Positions 13,301 to 45,553 of a stretch of 64,000 nucleotides of DNA are shown one piece after another; the first letter of the stretch is position 1, and the number at the start of each line of letters is the position of its first letter. The stretch covers positions 8,990,001 through 9,054,000 of the forward strand of contig NC_043016.1 of assembly GCF_006345805.1 (NCBI RefSeq). Direction: 5' to 3'. The notes beneath the pieces were generated by a model. It did no database searches. It saw nothing but the letters and a program-made list of their open reading frames with translations, and was not told the DNA's origin. This DNA comes from Octopus sinensis (lineage: Eukaryota). A program made the position numbers and the translations under genes.

Positions 13301-14094
13301 GAGTCATCAAGAAGGGCTTTTATGATGATGAATAACACCTCTAAAATTCTAACTAGCTGACAGCCAGATTTCATGGCACTTTATTAATCCTAAGCATTGC
13401 CATTATTATAAGATACTCATGACCAAAAATTACTTCAACTAAAGTGCCTGAAAACTATAATAAAAACTTCATCTATTTTTACTTTCAGCCTTTAACAAAC
13501 CTTTTCTGCCTCTCTCATTACCAGATGAAATAAAATTTGTGTGATATATCATAAAGGTAGTGACAGGTAGATAGAAGGGGAGCAAAGAAGAAAGCTAGAT
13601 TAAATACCAGAACAGTAAAGAGCTTTTTTTTTCCCCTTCATTTTGTGTTTAAATTTCATGAGGAAGGAAATATTCCAAAAATAAAATTTTCTCATCCCAC
13701 TTTTAAAAATAAAACATATCCCCAAAATATTTATCAGAATAGTTGTTGTATAGCTCAGGATTAGTTTTGATCAAAAAGAACTATAACCAAAATACGTGCC
13801 AACAGTGACCATCTCAACTTTGGCAGAAATGAATACTAAATACTTTATCTGTATCCCCATCCCACCTTTTTTTTTAAAGTTAGCAGGGAGTAATTTAAGG
13901 GAGATCTGTTACTTTTTCGTTAGCTGAGTAACCATGTAACGGTTCCATTATCCTTCAAGGAATCAGTTGCTAATTTATAGATTCAGCACAACTGATGGAA
14001 AAAAAAAGTCAATGAATAAATAATTTAAAAACACATGGGAAAATTAATACAAGGAATGTGCACACACCTACCTGATATCCCACCCTCTATACGC

Positions 14095-14230
14095 ATGCAC
14101 ATGTATATCATGACTCATACACTCTTCACTTTCCTGACAAGTTTGTACATAATTCTATGTACTGTACGTGCCCCTTTGACGAGTCGTAGTGCACCTGGGC
14201 ACTATACACAATAATTTCATTATTATTTCT
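14095..14230 (+). repeat. Short dispersed repeat with (ATT)n tail (second copy 22395-22548), probably a retroelement 3' end
   Basis: Both copies share GACTCATACA...GCAC...TACACAATAATTTCATTATT. Confidence 0.6.
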
Positions 14231-15438
14231 AAGGAGGAGACAACTCTACGCAAACTAACGTCATACCACTTATGATAGATTTTGTACCTAGCAAATTCTC
14301 GGGAGAAAAGTGCTATGGTTCACACGCGTGTAAATTAAAAAAAAAATACAGCGTCTGCAGTACCTAAAATGCCATGAGGTTTCATCTCTGAAAATCAGTA
14401 TCAGAGTGGTTAATTGATTTGCAAGACTACAACTAACACTAAACCATGTAAAAAAAAAAAAAAAAAAAAAAAAATCTTTTTCACTAACATTACTGTCCTC
14501 ACTGAAACTTGCCAAAAAACAAAAAAAAAAAAAAATCTACCCCTCCCACACACTCTCCTCCCAATTAATGGTTGAGTGGTTGGCATCAAAGCAAAGGATA
14601 TTCCATCAAAAATGAGACTAACAAATATGGCTTGAGGTTTTTTTGGAGGTTTTTTTCTTTTTTTCTTTTTTTTTAGATTCATTCATCCACATCTTGTGTT
14701 TTATTTGCAGGTTTTGGTTGGGGGAACTTTATTCTTTGGGCAAGTGGTGGTGGTGGTGGTGGTGGGGATTTGCTGGGAAAAGGTGGGGTTAATGGTTAAA
14801 ACAGCCACTAATTTTTTTTGACTTTTTCATGTGAGACCTTTAGTTTTCAGTACATATATAATCATTTTAGTTTGTTTTCAAAAAAAAAATATTTTCAAGT
14901 GGATCTTGAACCCAAACTCAGAACTTTATAATAATCAAATCATTGCAGTGAATTACACCATATCTTTGGTAACTGGCATTACCAAAGGGAGGAACACTAC
15001 CTCAAAAAAAAAAACACAAGGTACATATCTAACCTTCTGAAGTTTTTCAAGTTCAAAACCTAACAAGAAATGTTCATAAAAAGGTGTGTGTGTGTGTATT
15101 TGTATATGCATGTGTAATTCAGTGCATGTTGAAATTGAAATGAGTATGTATGTGCATTTGTGGGTATGTATTCATCTGTGTGTGTGTATATGATATACAT
15201 GCAATTAAAATAGAGCATCTGACAAGGTAATAAACTATATCAAATCAATATGAGAATGAACATTATAGTAAGGTGAGTGAGGAACTTGCTCAACAAAGAG
15301 GGAGGAACATTGCTAAACAAATTTCTCACTATCCACTTTTTATCTTTCTCCTTCACGTCTTCCTCTTCTCTTTTTTACTCTTTGTTTCCTCTTCTTCCAT
15401 ATTTTGACCCCCACACACACACCTACCCTAGGGATCGT

Positions 15439-34247
<18,809 letters not shown>

Positions 34248-34302
34248 TTAATTGCAGATGTATAAGTTATTACAGTAGACACAATGAAATAAGAGGAAAA
34301 TA

Positions 34303-34737
34303 GGATCTTTTCGGTTTGAACGGCGGTTTTTTCTAGCGGTGTCATATGAAATTGTCACCCATAATTATGACCCTAGTATCGATCTATTGCATTTCAATAC
34401 ATTTTAGGGTTAGGGTTGGTTAGGGGTAGGGGTGGGGTGGAGGGAAGGGTATCTTTTTTTCTTCACAAATGTAAATAAACCCAATCTGTTTCTTAAACGA
34501 GGGACATATTCATACGGCAAAGAATGTTTTCACCTAAAATAGACGTCATTGATTGGTTGAAATTGCAGAAATTGAAGAAAAGAAAAACAACAAATATCTT
34601 ACAAACTATAGAATTTTCTCAATAAAGCCAAGAGAAAAAGATGTTTATAAACACATTCTTCCAGTATACGAAGTTTAAAAGTGTTTAGTTACGTGGAGAT
34701 TATTTTTAAAAAACTGCCGGTCAAACCGAAAAGATCT
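34303..34737 (+). mobile_element. GGATCT-TIR MITE with 8-bp TSD GGAAAATA
   Basis: TIRs; identical 8-mer at 34295-34302 and 34738-34745. Confidence 0.9.
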
Positions 34738-34977
34738 GGAAAATATATGTTTGATTCAGATGTCTTAAAAGAATATCTGATAATTTAAAGAACAGAAATT
34801 AAAAATATAAATTTTCACCACACAAAGAGAATTTTATTGATTTCTATGTGATTTATCTCTAAATTTGCCATGATACTTTAATAAAAAAAATACGATGCAT
34901 TATACCAAGTGCTGAAATAAAAATGCCTTGTGAGTGAATTTGGTAGACAGAAACTGTAGAGAAGCCAATGAGAAAAA

Positions 34978-35210
34978 GGTGGCTAGCTGGCAGAAACGTT
35001 AGCATGTCCGGCGAAATGCTTAGCGGTATTTCGTCTGCCGCTACGTTCTGAGTTCAAATTCCGCTGAGGCCAATTTTGCCCTTCATCCTTTCGGAGTCGA
35101 TAAATTAAGTACCAGTTACGCACTGGGGCCGATGTAATCGTCTTAATCCCTTTGTCTGTCCTTGTTTGTCCCCTCTGTATTTAACCCCTTGTGGGCAATA
35201 AAGAAATAAG
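34978..35210 (+). mobile_element. SINE family A nested inside a family B copy (34930-35430)
   Basis: Family B sequence resumes after AGAAACTGTAGAGAAGCC, which is duplicated on both sides. Confidence 0.85.
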
Positions 35211-36125
35211 AAACTGTAGAGAAGCCTATCACAATGTGTGTTCCCCCTACCCATCACTTGCAAACCAGTGTTGGCTTGCTTATGTCCCCATAACTTAGTG
35301 GTTTGATGAGAAACTGATAGAATAAGTACAAGACTTTAAAAAAAAAGGAAGAAAACTAAGTAGTATTGTGAATTTGTTTAACTCTGTCAAGGCAGTACCT
35401 TAGCATGGCTGCAATCAAATGACTAAAACCAATAAAATATTTTGAGATAGAAAGCATATTTACAAGTGGCATATGATCAAAATGCCCACCAGTTTACTAA
35501 GCATTTAAGATATTCTCTCAGTTCATGATTTAAAACTAAACTCAAATGTTCTACATTCAATTGTCAATGAACGTGCTCTAAATATTTCCTCATGAAATTT
35601 TTAAAATAATTAGCAAAGACAATATGTTATTACTATACAGCTTAAAATAATTAGGCATATTTCTAGCCCAACCACTGGAGTCCTCCTTTAACATCTTACT
35701 CCAATAACATAAAGCAGTGTTTTATCCTCTTAGCTTGCCTTTATCAGTCTCTAGTAAACTATTCCTGAAATGCATATCTATCAATGTTATAATTAAAGCT
35801 TTGTAATAAAAATGTATAGAGGCTTCTTAATCTACAAAGTTTAGATTAGTCCCCAGCTATTTCCTCATATATGGAAAAAAAAAAAAAAAAAAAAAAAAAA
35901 AGAAACAAGCCACTCCCTTCGGTCACCAGCATTACTAAATGTTTTTAACAGGAGAAGCTACTCATATTACCATGGGTGCAGGCATAGTTGTGTGATTTTT
36001 ATATCTGCTCATGGTTTCATGTTCAATTCAATTACATCAGGGAAAGGAGAGGATCAAGATCAATTTAGAAAAACCTTTCAATGTCATATGGTATCACTTA
36101 CACATTTACTGAACAGCAGCATTAA

Positions 36126-36512
36126 AGTAGAGGCGCAATGGCCCAGTGGTTAGGGCAGCGGATTAGCGCTCGGAGGATCGCGGTTTCGATTCCCAGACCG
36201 GGCGTTGTGTGTGTTTATTGAGCGAAAACACCTAAAGCTCCACGAGGCTCCGGCAGGGGGTGGTGGCGACCCCTGTTGTACTCTTTCGCTCCAACTTTCT
36301 CTCACTCTTTCTTCCTGCTTCTTGTCCCCGACTTCCTACTCAACCGCTGAGCCTGGATGTGCATTCATCCATCCGTCGATGCTCTTGGTGTCGGGGGGGT
36401 TGACCTGCTTTCTCTTCTGCGGGTCTTACGAATAGCAAAGGACCAGGTTTCGGACTTCTCCCATCTTGCGAGATCTGGGACGAAGACCGTTCGCTCAATC
36501 AAACAAACAACA
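36126..36512 (+). mobile_element. tRNA-derived SINE family C with (CAAA)n tail and 14-bp TSD AACAGCAGCATTAA
   Basis: TSD at 36112-36125 and 36513-36526; head GGCCCAGTGGTTAGGGCAGCG...GGTTTCGATTCCC. A related head starts at about 63903. Confidence 0.88.
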
Positions 36513-36851
36513 AACAGCAGCATTAAGAATACATTAATCACGAGAATAACGTACAGACTGGGAGTAAAATTTGTAAAATAGTATTAGTTTCAAAACAATG
36601 TTCGACGTGATGCCCAAAGTGCTGGACTAGTATCATTTTTAAGTATAATAAATGAATCTTCTGTTTCAACAATAAGTGTTTCAAATGTTTGATCACCTGA
36701 GCTGCCTTCTCGGATTGAATTTAAAATGGTTTGTCTACAATGCTACCTTTGAATTTAAACTATATTCAATTTAAATACAGAGAGTTTCTGAAAGAGGTAG
36801 AGACCAACTTTATTTTCATTTTAGGTTGTCTTTCTCAGTGAAAGTTTAACA

Positions 36852-38096
36852 CAGGGTCTTGCAAATAAATTGAAACCAATTTTGAGCAATTGACTTATTG
36901 GGATATAACATTTCACTTTTTTTGACAAAACCTTGTTTGCTTGAAAATCTAACCCTCCTCTTTATTTTTCAGGTAAATTAGCAAACTGATTCAAGAACAG
37001 AAAGTCATGGAACAACAGAATCATTCCACCATTGTTGCTTTGGCACATGCCAGGCACACTGCCAATAAAATTGTTAAGTTGTTGAAACTTCCAAAAGCAA
37101 CAATTTATCATGTGTATGAACAATTTAAGAGAGAAAGATTGATAGAAAAGAACACAAGACTCAAAGCGATTCCAAGTGCAATCCAAAGTTTCTCACTGGC
37201 CTCAATGCTCGATTGAAGCCAACCCATCTGCATCCAATGACAACTCTTGCAAAGAAACACAATGTGTCCCTTTCCACAAGGTCTAGAGCTGTGAGCAAGA
37301 ACCTTGGCATGACTAGCTATGTTTGCCACTGCTGTCACCTCCTAACAGCCAAGGCCAAAGCAATCAGAGCCAAAAGATGCCCAAAGATTCTGTCATTCAT
37401 CAAGCAGCAAGGTTCAGGAAAAATCCTATTTATGAATGATCAGTTCACTGTGGACACCGAGGCGAATCACAGAAATTCATGAATGATTGCATACAACCCT
37501 TCTGACGTCACCACTGTGTTTGAGACTAAGAATCCTGCCTCTGTGATGGTATTTGGAACTGTGGCGAGTGATGGAAATGTCATTGAGTCTGGCTTGAAGG
37601 TCAGCACAAAGGTGTATCTGGATATCTTGAAGAACTATTACTTTGAATGGAGCAGAAGTTTGGGCTGGACAATGTTGTGCTTATCCAGGATTTTGCACCA
37701 TACCATGGGTCAAAAGCAACACTGGCCTTCCTTGGTGAGAAGGTGCCATTTTTTATGAGGGTCAACATCTGGCCCAATAATAGCCCAGATCTCAACCTTC
37801 TCAATTACATTTTATGGGGCATACCTCAATGCTTCACCACACTTGAATATCAACAGTTTGATAACCAACATCATGCATGTGACACACTAAATCAAAAGGG
37901 CAGAGGTTGCAGCAGTTACAAAAAAATTTCTTTTTCATGTGGAAGCAGTAATTGCCCAAAAGGGCAACCATATTGAGTGATGTTTTTGTTGAAATAAATG
38001 TTACATTAAAATTATATCTGTCTATCATTATTTTAGTATTTATAACCAATTTTATGTATCATAAAAAATTGACTCAAATTTATCTACAAGGCCCTG
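36852..38096 (+). mobile_element. Decayed Tc1/mariner element, DD37D (maT-type)
   Basis: About 30-bp imperfect TIRs (CAGGGTCTTGCAAATAAATT... and the reverse complement ending at 38096). Frameshifted transposase fragments NPASVMVFGTVASDG and IQDFAPYH...WPNNSPDLNLLNY, with 37-residue spacing and the final D changed to N. Confidence 0.85.
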
Positions 38097-39729
38097 AATC
38101 TTTTAATATTGTTTTAAAATGTTTATTTCAAAAAAATATTTTATTTCATATTCTACAAACTCAGCATGTACATTGTATAATATCTACATTTACTTTGATG
38201 GCTTCTCCAGACACAATGTTCTGTTTTCATCACTATATGTCTTTCTGGGTGTACAGCTGAATTTTCTTTGATCTGCAAATATTATCAGTTTTGTTGGATC
38301 ACCATTCTGCTGACAGCAACATATAATTGTCAATGTGTGAACATTAGAGTCAGAAAATACAATCTGTGTTTCTTTAACTCTTTAGTGTTTAAATTATTCT
38401 GTTAAATGTAAATACTTCTTCATTCAAATTCATCATCATCAACTTGAATTAATCATGCATTATCTAATAGCTTTGAGGTTTCAATAATGTCACTATTTAT
38501 TTTTAGAGTGTCGATGTAAGGTAGGTGTGAAAGGCTACATATCACCAGTTTGAATATAAAACATGTAGAATATTTGAGCTGGATGTGGCTGGTTCAAACA
38601 CTAAAGGGTTAAACTTTGTCCTTGATTTATTTAATCAACGTATCAAAAGCAGGCTTTATAGGAAACTGCAGTATTCTTAGACTTTTAGATTCATTTTAGA
38701 ATGATAAATCATTGTCAGGTTATTGAAGAGAAATCCAAAGAATCATTAGCTTTCTCCCAGCATCAACACTGCTAATTCTGCTGTTGCTTAGTCAACTGTT
38801 AGCAGCAATAAGCACCATGTACCAAAGTACCATTGCAGTGATAATTTATGTTGTCTAATTTCAAAAAGGTAATACTAGTTCTCCAACTTTGTTTTTAATG
38901 ATATGTGGTGGTAGACCACTTGTATTTGGTGAATTCAAAAATTCTGTATGTCAAGAATTTCTACCACTGAGTTTACACTTAATATAATCTCATTTCCAGG
39001 AAATTCAGAATTTCATTGTTTTGTTGATCAACTTAGTCATTTTTTTAAAAGTGAGAATAAATTTGGAGGACAGCCATTGTTAATTTTAAGTAGTGTGTTG
39101 TTAGTCAGTATAAACAAACTAAGCTAAATCTTCTTTGGAATTCACTGTTAGCAGGGTGGAATTGTGGTGGTGCCTGTGAAAGTTGTATCAGTATTAATGC
39201 TGTTTGGAACCCTTTGTCCAGTTACAGCAGCTAGTTTGTATGATGGTTTAGCAGATTAACCCTTTAGTTTTCAGATTATTCTATCAAATGTAAGGCTTAT
39301 TTATTCACATAGTTTTGAATTTATCCTGCATTACCTTGTAGCTTTTGAGATTTTGATTGTGCTACTGTATATTTTTTAGATCTAACATTGTAAGGTAAGG
39401 TGTGAGAAGCAGGATTTGGTCAGTTTGAACATAAAACAGGTAAAATATCTCAGCCAGATATGGCTGGTTTAAATGTAGTAAAATTAATGCACAAACAATT
39501 GAGAACTCTCATTGTCTGGATATGCAAAAGCTTCACAGTGACTCCAAATGGAAGACCTTTTATGCATGCATGCAATTATTGAGAATATTTTGATCTTTAC
39601 AGACAACTGAGAGAATCTTCCAACATTTCTGATGGAGACTAAAAGCTTCCCTCTAAGAAGTTTCTCATTGCTCATAACATCTTGAACATGCTTTCAGATG
39701 TTAGTAGCACACTGGGACTTCGGCCCATT

Positions 39730-39945
39730 CCTATTTCTTTACTACCCACAAGGGGCTAAACACAGAGGAGACAAACAAGGACAGACAGATGGATTAAGTA
39801 GATTATATCGACCCCAGCGCATAACTGGTACTTATTTAATCGACCCCGAAAGGATGAAAGGCAAAGTCGACCTCGGCAGAATTTGAACTCAGAACGTAGC
39901 AGCAGACAAAATACTGCTAAGCGTTTCTGCCAGCTTGCCGCCTTG
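39730..39945 (-). mobile_element. SINE family A
   Basis: Homology. Other copies at 765-870, 40285-40450, 52385-52595 and 58945-59110. Confidence 0.85.
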
Positions 39946-41784
39946 ATACCATACCAGTGGCTGAACATTATGCAGAGAAAAACCAACTGTATCAAAAGAT
40001 ATATGATACGTTGATGTTGATTTTTACCAGAATGGAAACTCAACTCAAAATAAAAATGGGCAATTCAGCCAAGCTTCACTTAGTGTAGCTACAATACCTG
40101 ATGATGTAAAAGCAAAAGGTAATTTGGTAAGGTTTGCAAACATAGGACAGTAGAAAGTTCAACAGGAGAGTTTTGCCAGTCTCTGCTGGAGCAGCAATAA
40201 ATTATCAGGTCACCTTCATTGTTGCAGTTTCTCTTTTGATTGACCCAAAACAATTCTATATCCATGATTGGGTATTTTAAGGTGGTGAGCTGGCGGAATC
40301 GCTACTGCACTGGAAAAAAATATTTAGTGGCAATTATTCCATTTTTAACACTGAGTTCAAATTCCACCAAGGTTGATTTTGCTTTCAGAGATCATGAAAT
40401 AAGTACTAGTTGAGCATTGAGGTTGATGAAATCAACTAGCCCTGCCAGCTTGAAAACCTTTGAAGAGCATTTTCTGTGATTGGTGTGTGAATCCAAAGGC
40501 ATTCTACAGAAAAACATCTTTTCACTGAATGAGGAAGTCAAAAAGTTTTCATCATGATTCAGATTATCTAAAGTACCCGCAATTTTCATATTTAATGATC
40601 TCATCTTGCTGATTTGCATCACCAATATTAAGAGAAACTCATTCTTATTTTCCTTCTAGTGAGACTATGGAATGGTCTGTGCCTTTGACTACATCTTTTG
40701 ATATAGAGGGCCAACGCTCTCGTTATATAAAAGAATCAACTGAAATGGTTCTGACATGTAATGCAAATGTGCGACTTGTATCTTCTATGCAGGATCCTAA
40801 CGGTCAGTTACACAATGGCCAATGCTGGCTTGAAGACCAACTTGAAGATATGCTCTGACACATTTTTTCTAAATGGAAAAGTTATGTATCCCTTTTACTG
40901 CAAGATACCTGTTTTGGTCCTTCTATCATACTTTAGAACTTATCACCTGATATAGAGTCACCTCTCCCAATAGCATGTCCCCCCCACCCACTCAGTTGAG
41001 TGATCTTGACTTGTGAGCTACTTGGTGGCCTTACTAGCATCCAGTATACTGTGTGAAGGACATCAGGCACTGAAACCACATCAAAGCAGACATTGGACTT
41101 GGCACAGTCATCTGGCTAATTGGTTCCTATCCATTTATCCAACCCATGCCAGTATTGAAAACAGAGGTTAAATGATGATAATGAGAAGTATTCACCATTA
41201 CAAGAAGGCATTAATACAGAGTTACACATGGCTTCTTCAACAAAACACACACATTATTTATAAATATATATATATATATACAGAGAGAGAGAGAGATATG
41301 TTAGTTTAAGAAGATTCTGAAATAAGCTTAAGAATATCAATGAAACATTATAGGTAAAAATCTATACTCTAAATGGAATCAAATTTATTGTAAAATTCAT
41401 TTTGATTGAGACAAAGATTCACCCAATGTCTTATTTAAGCAGACCTGTTTGAATAAATCATCAGGCAAAATATGTGTCGAAGTGTGAGCATGCACATACA
41501 CCGCCCACACACAAACATGATTACTTCATCAGATGATATGAAGCATCTGCACATCACTGGATTATAACAACAGTCTACCATCTAGACTTTTCCAATAAAA
41601 GGTCACCTACAAATTACTGATGTTTTGATTTGAGTTTTCCTCAATGGCTATCAATTTTTGATACATTAAATATACCAATCTGCTTGAACCAACATAGTGG
41701 GCTCTATATTAGATAATGTTTTCAATACATGTAATATATTTTACATCATCATCGTTGTTTAACATCTGCTTTCCATGCTAGCAT

Positions 41785-42110
41785 GGGTTGGACGATTTGA
41801 GCGAGGTCTGGCAAACCAGATGGCTGCACCAGACTCCAATCAGATCTGGCAGAGTTTCTACAGCTGGATGCCCTTCCTAACGCCAACCACTCCAAGAGTG
41901 TAGTGGGTGCTTTTACGTGCCACTGGCACAGGGGCCAGTCAGGCAGTACTGGCGATGGCCACGCTCAAATGGTGCTTTTTATGTGCCACCTGCACAGTAG
42001 CCAGTCCAGCGGCACTGGCAACGACCTCGCTCGAATGTTTCTTCATGTGCCACAAGCACAAGTGCTAGTAGGCGACGCAGGTAATGATCACGCTCGAATA
42101 CTCTTACATT
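41785..42110 (-). mobile_element. RTE 3'-UTR repeat copy
   Basis: Reverse-complement core. Confidence 0.85.
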
Positions 42111-43983
42111 ATGACCATCATATATGTCCAAATGTACAGAAAACAAAAGACAAAGACAAGTGAGGGAACAACAAGCAGGTATATTAATTGAAACTTGGGA
42201 AGAATGTAAAAGTCCCCAATGTCTTGAGCCTACGCTCTTTGATAATGGGACAAGAAGAAAAAAATGGAGAGAGAGAAAAAAAACATAAAATGTATAGTTT
42301 TATATATAAAAATTAAACATTAAATTAAATGATCACTCAAAAACTTTGAGAAGAGTAACATTTTCACAGGAAAAAGGTTGACAGTAACTTCAAAGATTCA
42401 GGTAGTCAAAACTTCTTAAGTGACAACTTTTTCATCTAGTAAATATCAAGTGGGTGACTGTGTGTATTGACGCCCCCAAAATGAGCAATATTACTGTTAA
42501 AGGCATGAAAGTGTAATGATTTCTGGACGATAATTGACGAGAAAAGAGCAGGTTTTGTGTGTAAATTTCCCGTTTGTTCCTTTGTTGTGCTTTTGTTCAA
42601 TTTTTTAATCTTAATGTAACGCCATGCATCCATCTTGTTCGTACTTATTGACACCCCCTGCATACACACAAACTTTATTACATACATTGTCAATTGAAAA
42701 TCAATCATAGATCAGCCAAGGAATATGGATATCAGAAGCCTTTTCCTTCTCTCCAATGACAATTGCTATATTTTGGAATTTACCAATGTTAAATACGTTG
42801 GTGCTGAGAGTAAAGTTGGAGGAACAATACATAATTTAACAGATTCTGAAAGGTATAAAAGTCATAGCATACTCCATTCAACATTTTGTCGTGTCTTTTA
42901 CCCTACCATTAATGAGACTACTAGACAAGACAAAAGGAAATCACAACTTGGACATCAAAACAAGGAAGATATCAACTACTGCTGCTATATTGCACATCAA
43001 TGACAAGAGAATATTTGTTAGATAATGGCTGTGATACAACATCGGTCTTCAACATTGGTAAAAACGATATTTCGGAGCTGCATTGAATCATTCAGACCTA
43101 CACCTACTGAACAGCAAAGGGGGTAAAAAAAAAAAAGGTGGGGAAAAGAGGACATCGTATAACGGGGTCAACAGCGAAGACACTTTGAAAGTAGACGAAG
43201 AATTCTTCAATAGGTTCTTTAAGAGTACAATTCTTCCAACTAATCTACTTATAGAGAGATTTGTGGAAGCCCTCAACGGAAAGTTATACGTGGGTGCATA
43301 TCCCTTAAAACAAGGGATACTGTCATTGAAATCAGGAAGAATAACTTTCCCTAGAGATGTGATAGAAATATCACAACTCGGTTACACCCTCGCTATTCAG
43401 GAATAGGTGATAACTATTTGATAAATAAACGAGATAAGAAACATCTTCAAACTTGTGTTGCAACTGACAACGCTGGCTGTGTCATTCCAATATAAAAAAT
43501 AAATAAAAAACACATTATTAACAGGTAATATTCGTAGGTAATATTGACTCCATGGTCATACCAAAATAAACCCCCACCGTTAGGCCTTCACCAAAATAGA
43601 GACCAGTAGTTGAGCATTCAAATAATAAAAACAATATGGAGCAAACAAAACAGGCCCGAATGATATTGGGAATTAAAAGTCAGATTGTTGCAAAGATCAG
43701 ATTCCTAGTAGACTATAGAGGTCTCTTCGACAGTCGAAGGAAAAATGAATATAGCTGTCATTACAGCCTTAAATCCTCATCAGTGGGCTACGCAACAACT
43801 TGGTTACATAAAAAAAAAACAAAAAAACATGGAAATGTTGGGAGCTTAAGAAGAAAGAACTCGAATCCTGAAATGTAATTGATAAGAAGTATAGCGATGA
43901 TCTGTACATCCACAGATACATATTCATACATGAGTACACGTACATGCATATTCACAAATACGCACACACACACACACACACAC

Positions 43984-44022
<39 letters not shown>

Positions 44023-44805
44023 AAGATTCTCATAGTAACTCATACACACATCTTCGAATCGTCTTGACTCGAAAAGAGAAGAAGCCATTTCACTTTTTGA
44101 ATTTTGCGATTAACTTGCATCTCAATAATGAATAAATAAATAAATAAATTGAAATAAAATAAACACGCAATCATACATTCTAACAATTTGAAACTCAAAT
44201 GTTGTCTTGCAGCGAGGGAGGGGTTGTGGTGGTGCAAAAAAAGAAAGAACTGCAGTGAATGAATCAATGTTAGATGAACTTGGAGAGAGTATAGAGAAAA
44301 AAGACCAATGTTTGGTGTTGAAAAATAAACAAACATCTTGTTTTCTGAATTAAAAAAACCAAGTTAATAAATATTAAATCGATCGTTGATGTGTGTGTAC
44401 ATATATAAATGTAATTACATCCATACGCACTGGCTAAGGAAGTAGTTTATTCATAACCTTAAAAGAACAGTTGCTTCCATTTCGCCAATAACACTGACTG
44501 CTACATACAACAGAGAAATCGATTTCAAGATATGTTTTATTAAAAATAAACCTTTCGATAGTTTAATTAACACAATTCTCTTTTTTTCTGTCTATAATCT
44601 CCCTATCTTTAAAATAATAGGGGTGAGACGGTCGAAAAGTGCACTGATGTTTTATATAAGGGGGGGTATACGCCCACCACACAATAATTAATAAGTAAAC
44701 CCATTCACGTTCATTGATTAGATTTAAGCTGAATGGGGTTTATAGTAGACAGTTACACAGAGGAAATATTATATAGTATGGCTTAAATGTATATATGTTT
44801 CTTAC

Positions 44806-44905
44806 CTGCTTTAATTTAGTTTTTCTTTGGTACTAGAACATAGTTTCAATTCTATTGCAGAGCGGCCGCTGAGTGTTAAACGGGAACCAACCAAACCCAC
44901 TTCCA
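44806..44905 (-). other. AP2M1: Putative non-coding first exon (5' UTR) of AP2M1
   Basis: Strong CAG|GTAAG donor at 44805, next to a CpG-containing promoter region with GGAAGTG (ETS-like) at 44898-44904. The ATG exon has an upstream acceptor, so an earlier exon is required. The 5' end is uncertain. Confidence 0.55.
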
Positions 44906-45520
44906 GCGCACTATATAATGGCGTCAATACTATTGAAAACGTCTAAGAGCTTGTCGGATAATTAGTAACACCCCCTTTTTTTAAAGTTAATTCTAAAACT
45001 AGATTGGGAACAATTTTTCATAATTTATCTGAAAACAATAATTAACAACGTATTTAGATTCAAATAAAAATGTTTATTTGTTTATTCACCGAATTTATAC
45101 GAACATCTTACGAGCGAATAAAAAACCGGAAGTAGCGAAAATAGTGACATATTTTTCAATTTTTATTTAAATTTAAAGAATAAAAATATTTTACATATTT
45201 GTGCATATTTTTCGCTTTAATTTTGATTTATAAGCAATTTCGTACAATAATTTAATATAATAATAAATCACATGAAATTACTTCTAAAACGTCAGCAAAT
45301 TATGCAGTAAATATGTAATAAATATATATCAAATTTAAATATTCAAATACAATTTAATCTCACAATTATTAATTATAGCCATTAAAAAAACCAACATATT
45401 TTTTTAAAGATATTATTTTGTAAATTATTACAAAATTATTTTTCATACTAATTATCTGAGACGGGAAGCACACTATTAGCCCGTATCGTTATAAAGAATC
45501 AGCCTCGTTGTGCTTCTAAT
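44898..45520. promoter_or_regulatory. Probable bidirectional promoter between AP2M1 and RPL22; ETS site CCGGAAGT at 45126-45133
   Basis: Divergent first exons about 0.6 kb apart, ETS-type motifs on both strands, no recognisable transposon. Confidence 0.55.
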
Positions 45521-45530
45521 CCTTTTTAAC
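45490..45530 (+). promoter_or_regulatory. RPL22 core promoter: TATAAA (45490-45495) and polypyrimidine TCT/5'TOP start (CCTTTTT at 45521-45527)
   Basis: The motifs are about 30 nt apart and lie 18-55 nt before the ATG; a TOP/TCT start is characteristic of ribosomal protein genes. Confidence 0.7.
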
Positions 45531-45544
45531 TTAAAGCTTGAATC

Positions 45545-45553
45545 ATGCCAGCT
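45545..45553 (+). CDS. RPL22: RPL22 coding exon 1 (ATG CCA GCT)
   Basis: ATG followed by GTAAGT, preceded by a pyrimidine-tract start, phase 0 matching exon 2. A very short first coding exon is typical of RPL22 genes. Confidence 0.85.

Noticed and set aside
36126-36210. tRNA genes suggested by A/B-box sequences here and at other SINE heads
   Set aside because: Each continues into a SINE body and tail with TSDs and has no full cloverleaf or terminator.
40392-40955. Cluster of 63-77 aa ORFs in AP2M1 intron 1
   Set aside because: No recognisable motifs and no phase-consistent exon pair.
41455-41540. Minus-strand CTGATGA-AGT...ACTT-CGACAC hammerhead-like pattern
   Set aside because: GAAA is replaced by GACA and there is no valid helix III or UH triplet; at best a relic.
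43083-43406. 107-aa ORF with weak similarity to a retroviral integrase segment (TNLLIERFVEAL)
   Set aside because: Motif spacing does not fit a DDE core, there are no flanking pol or LTR features, and there are no splice signals. A BLASTX of 42400-43500 would settle it.
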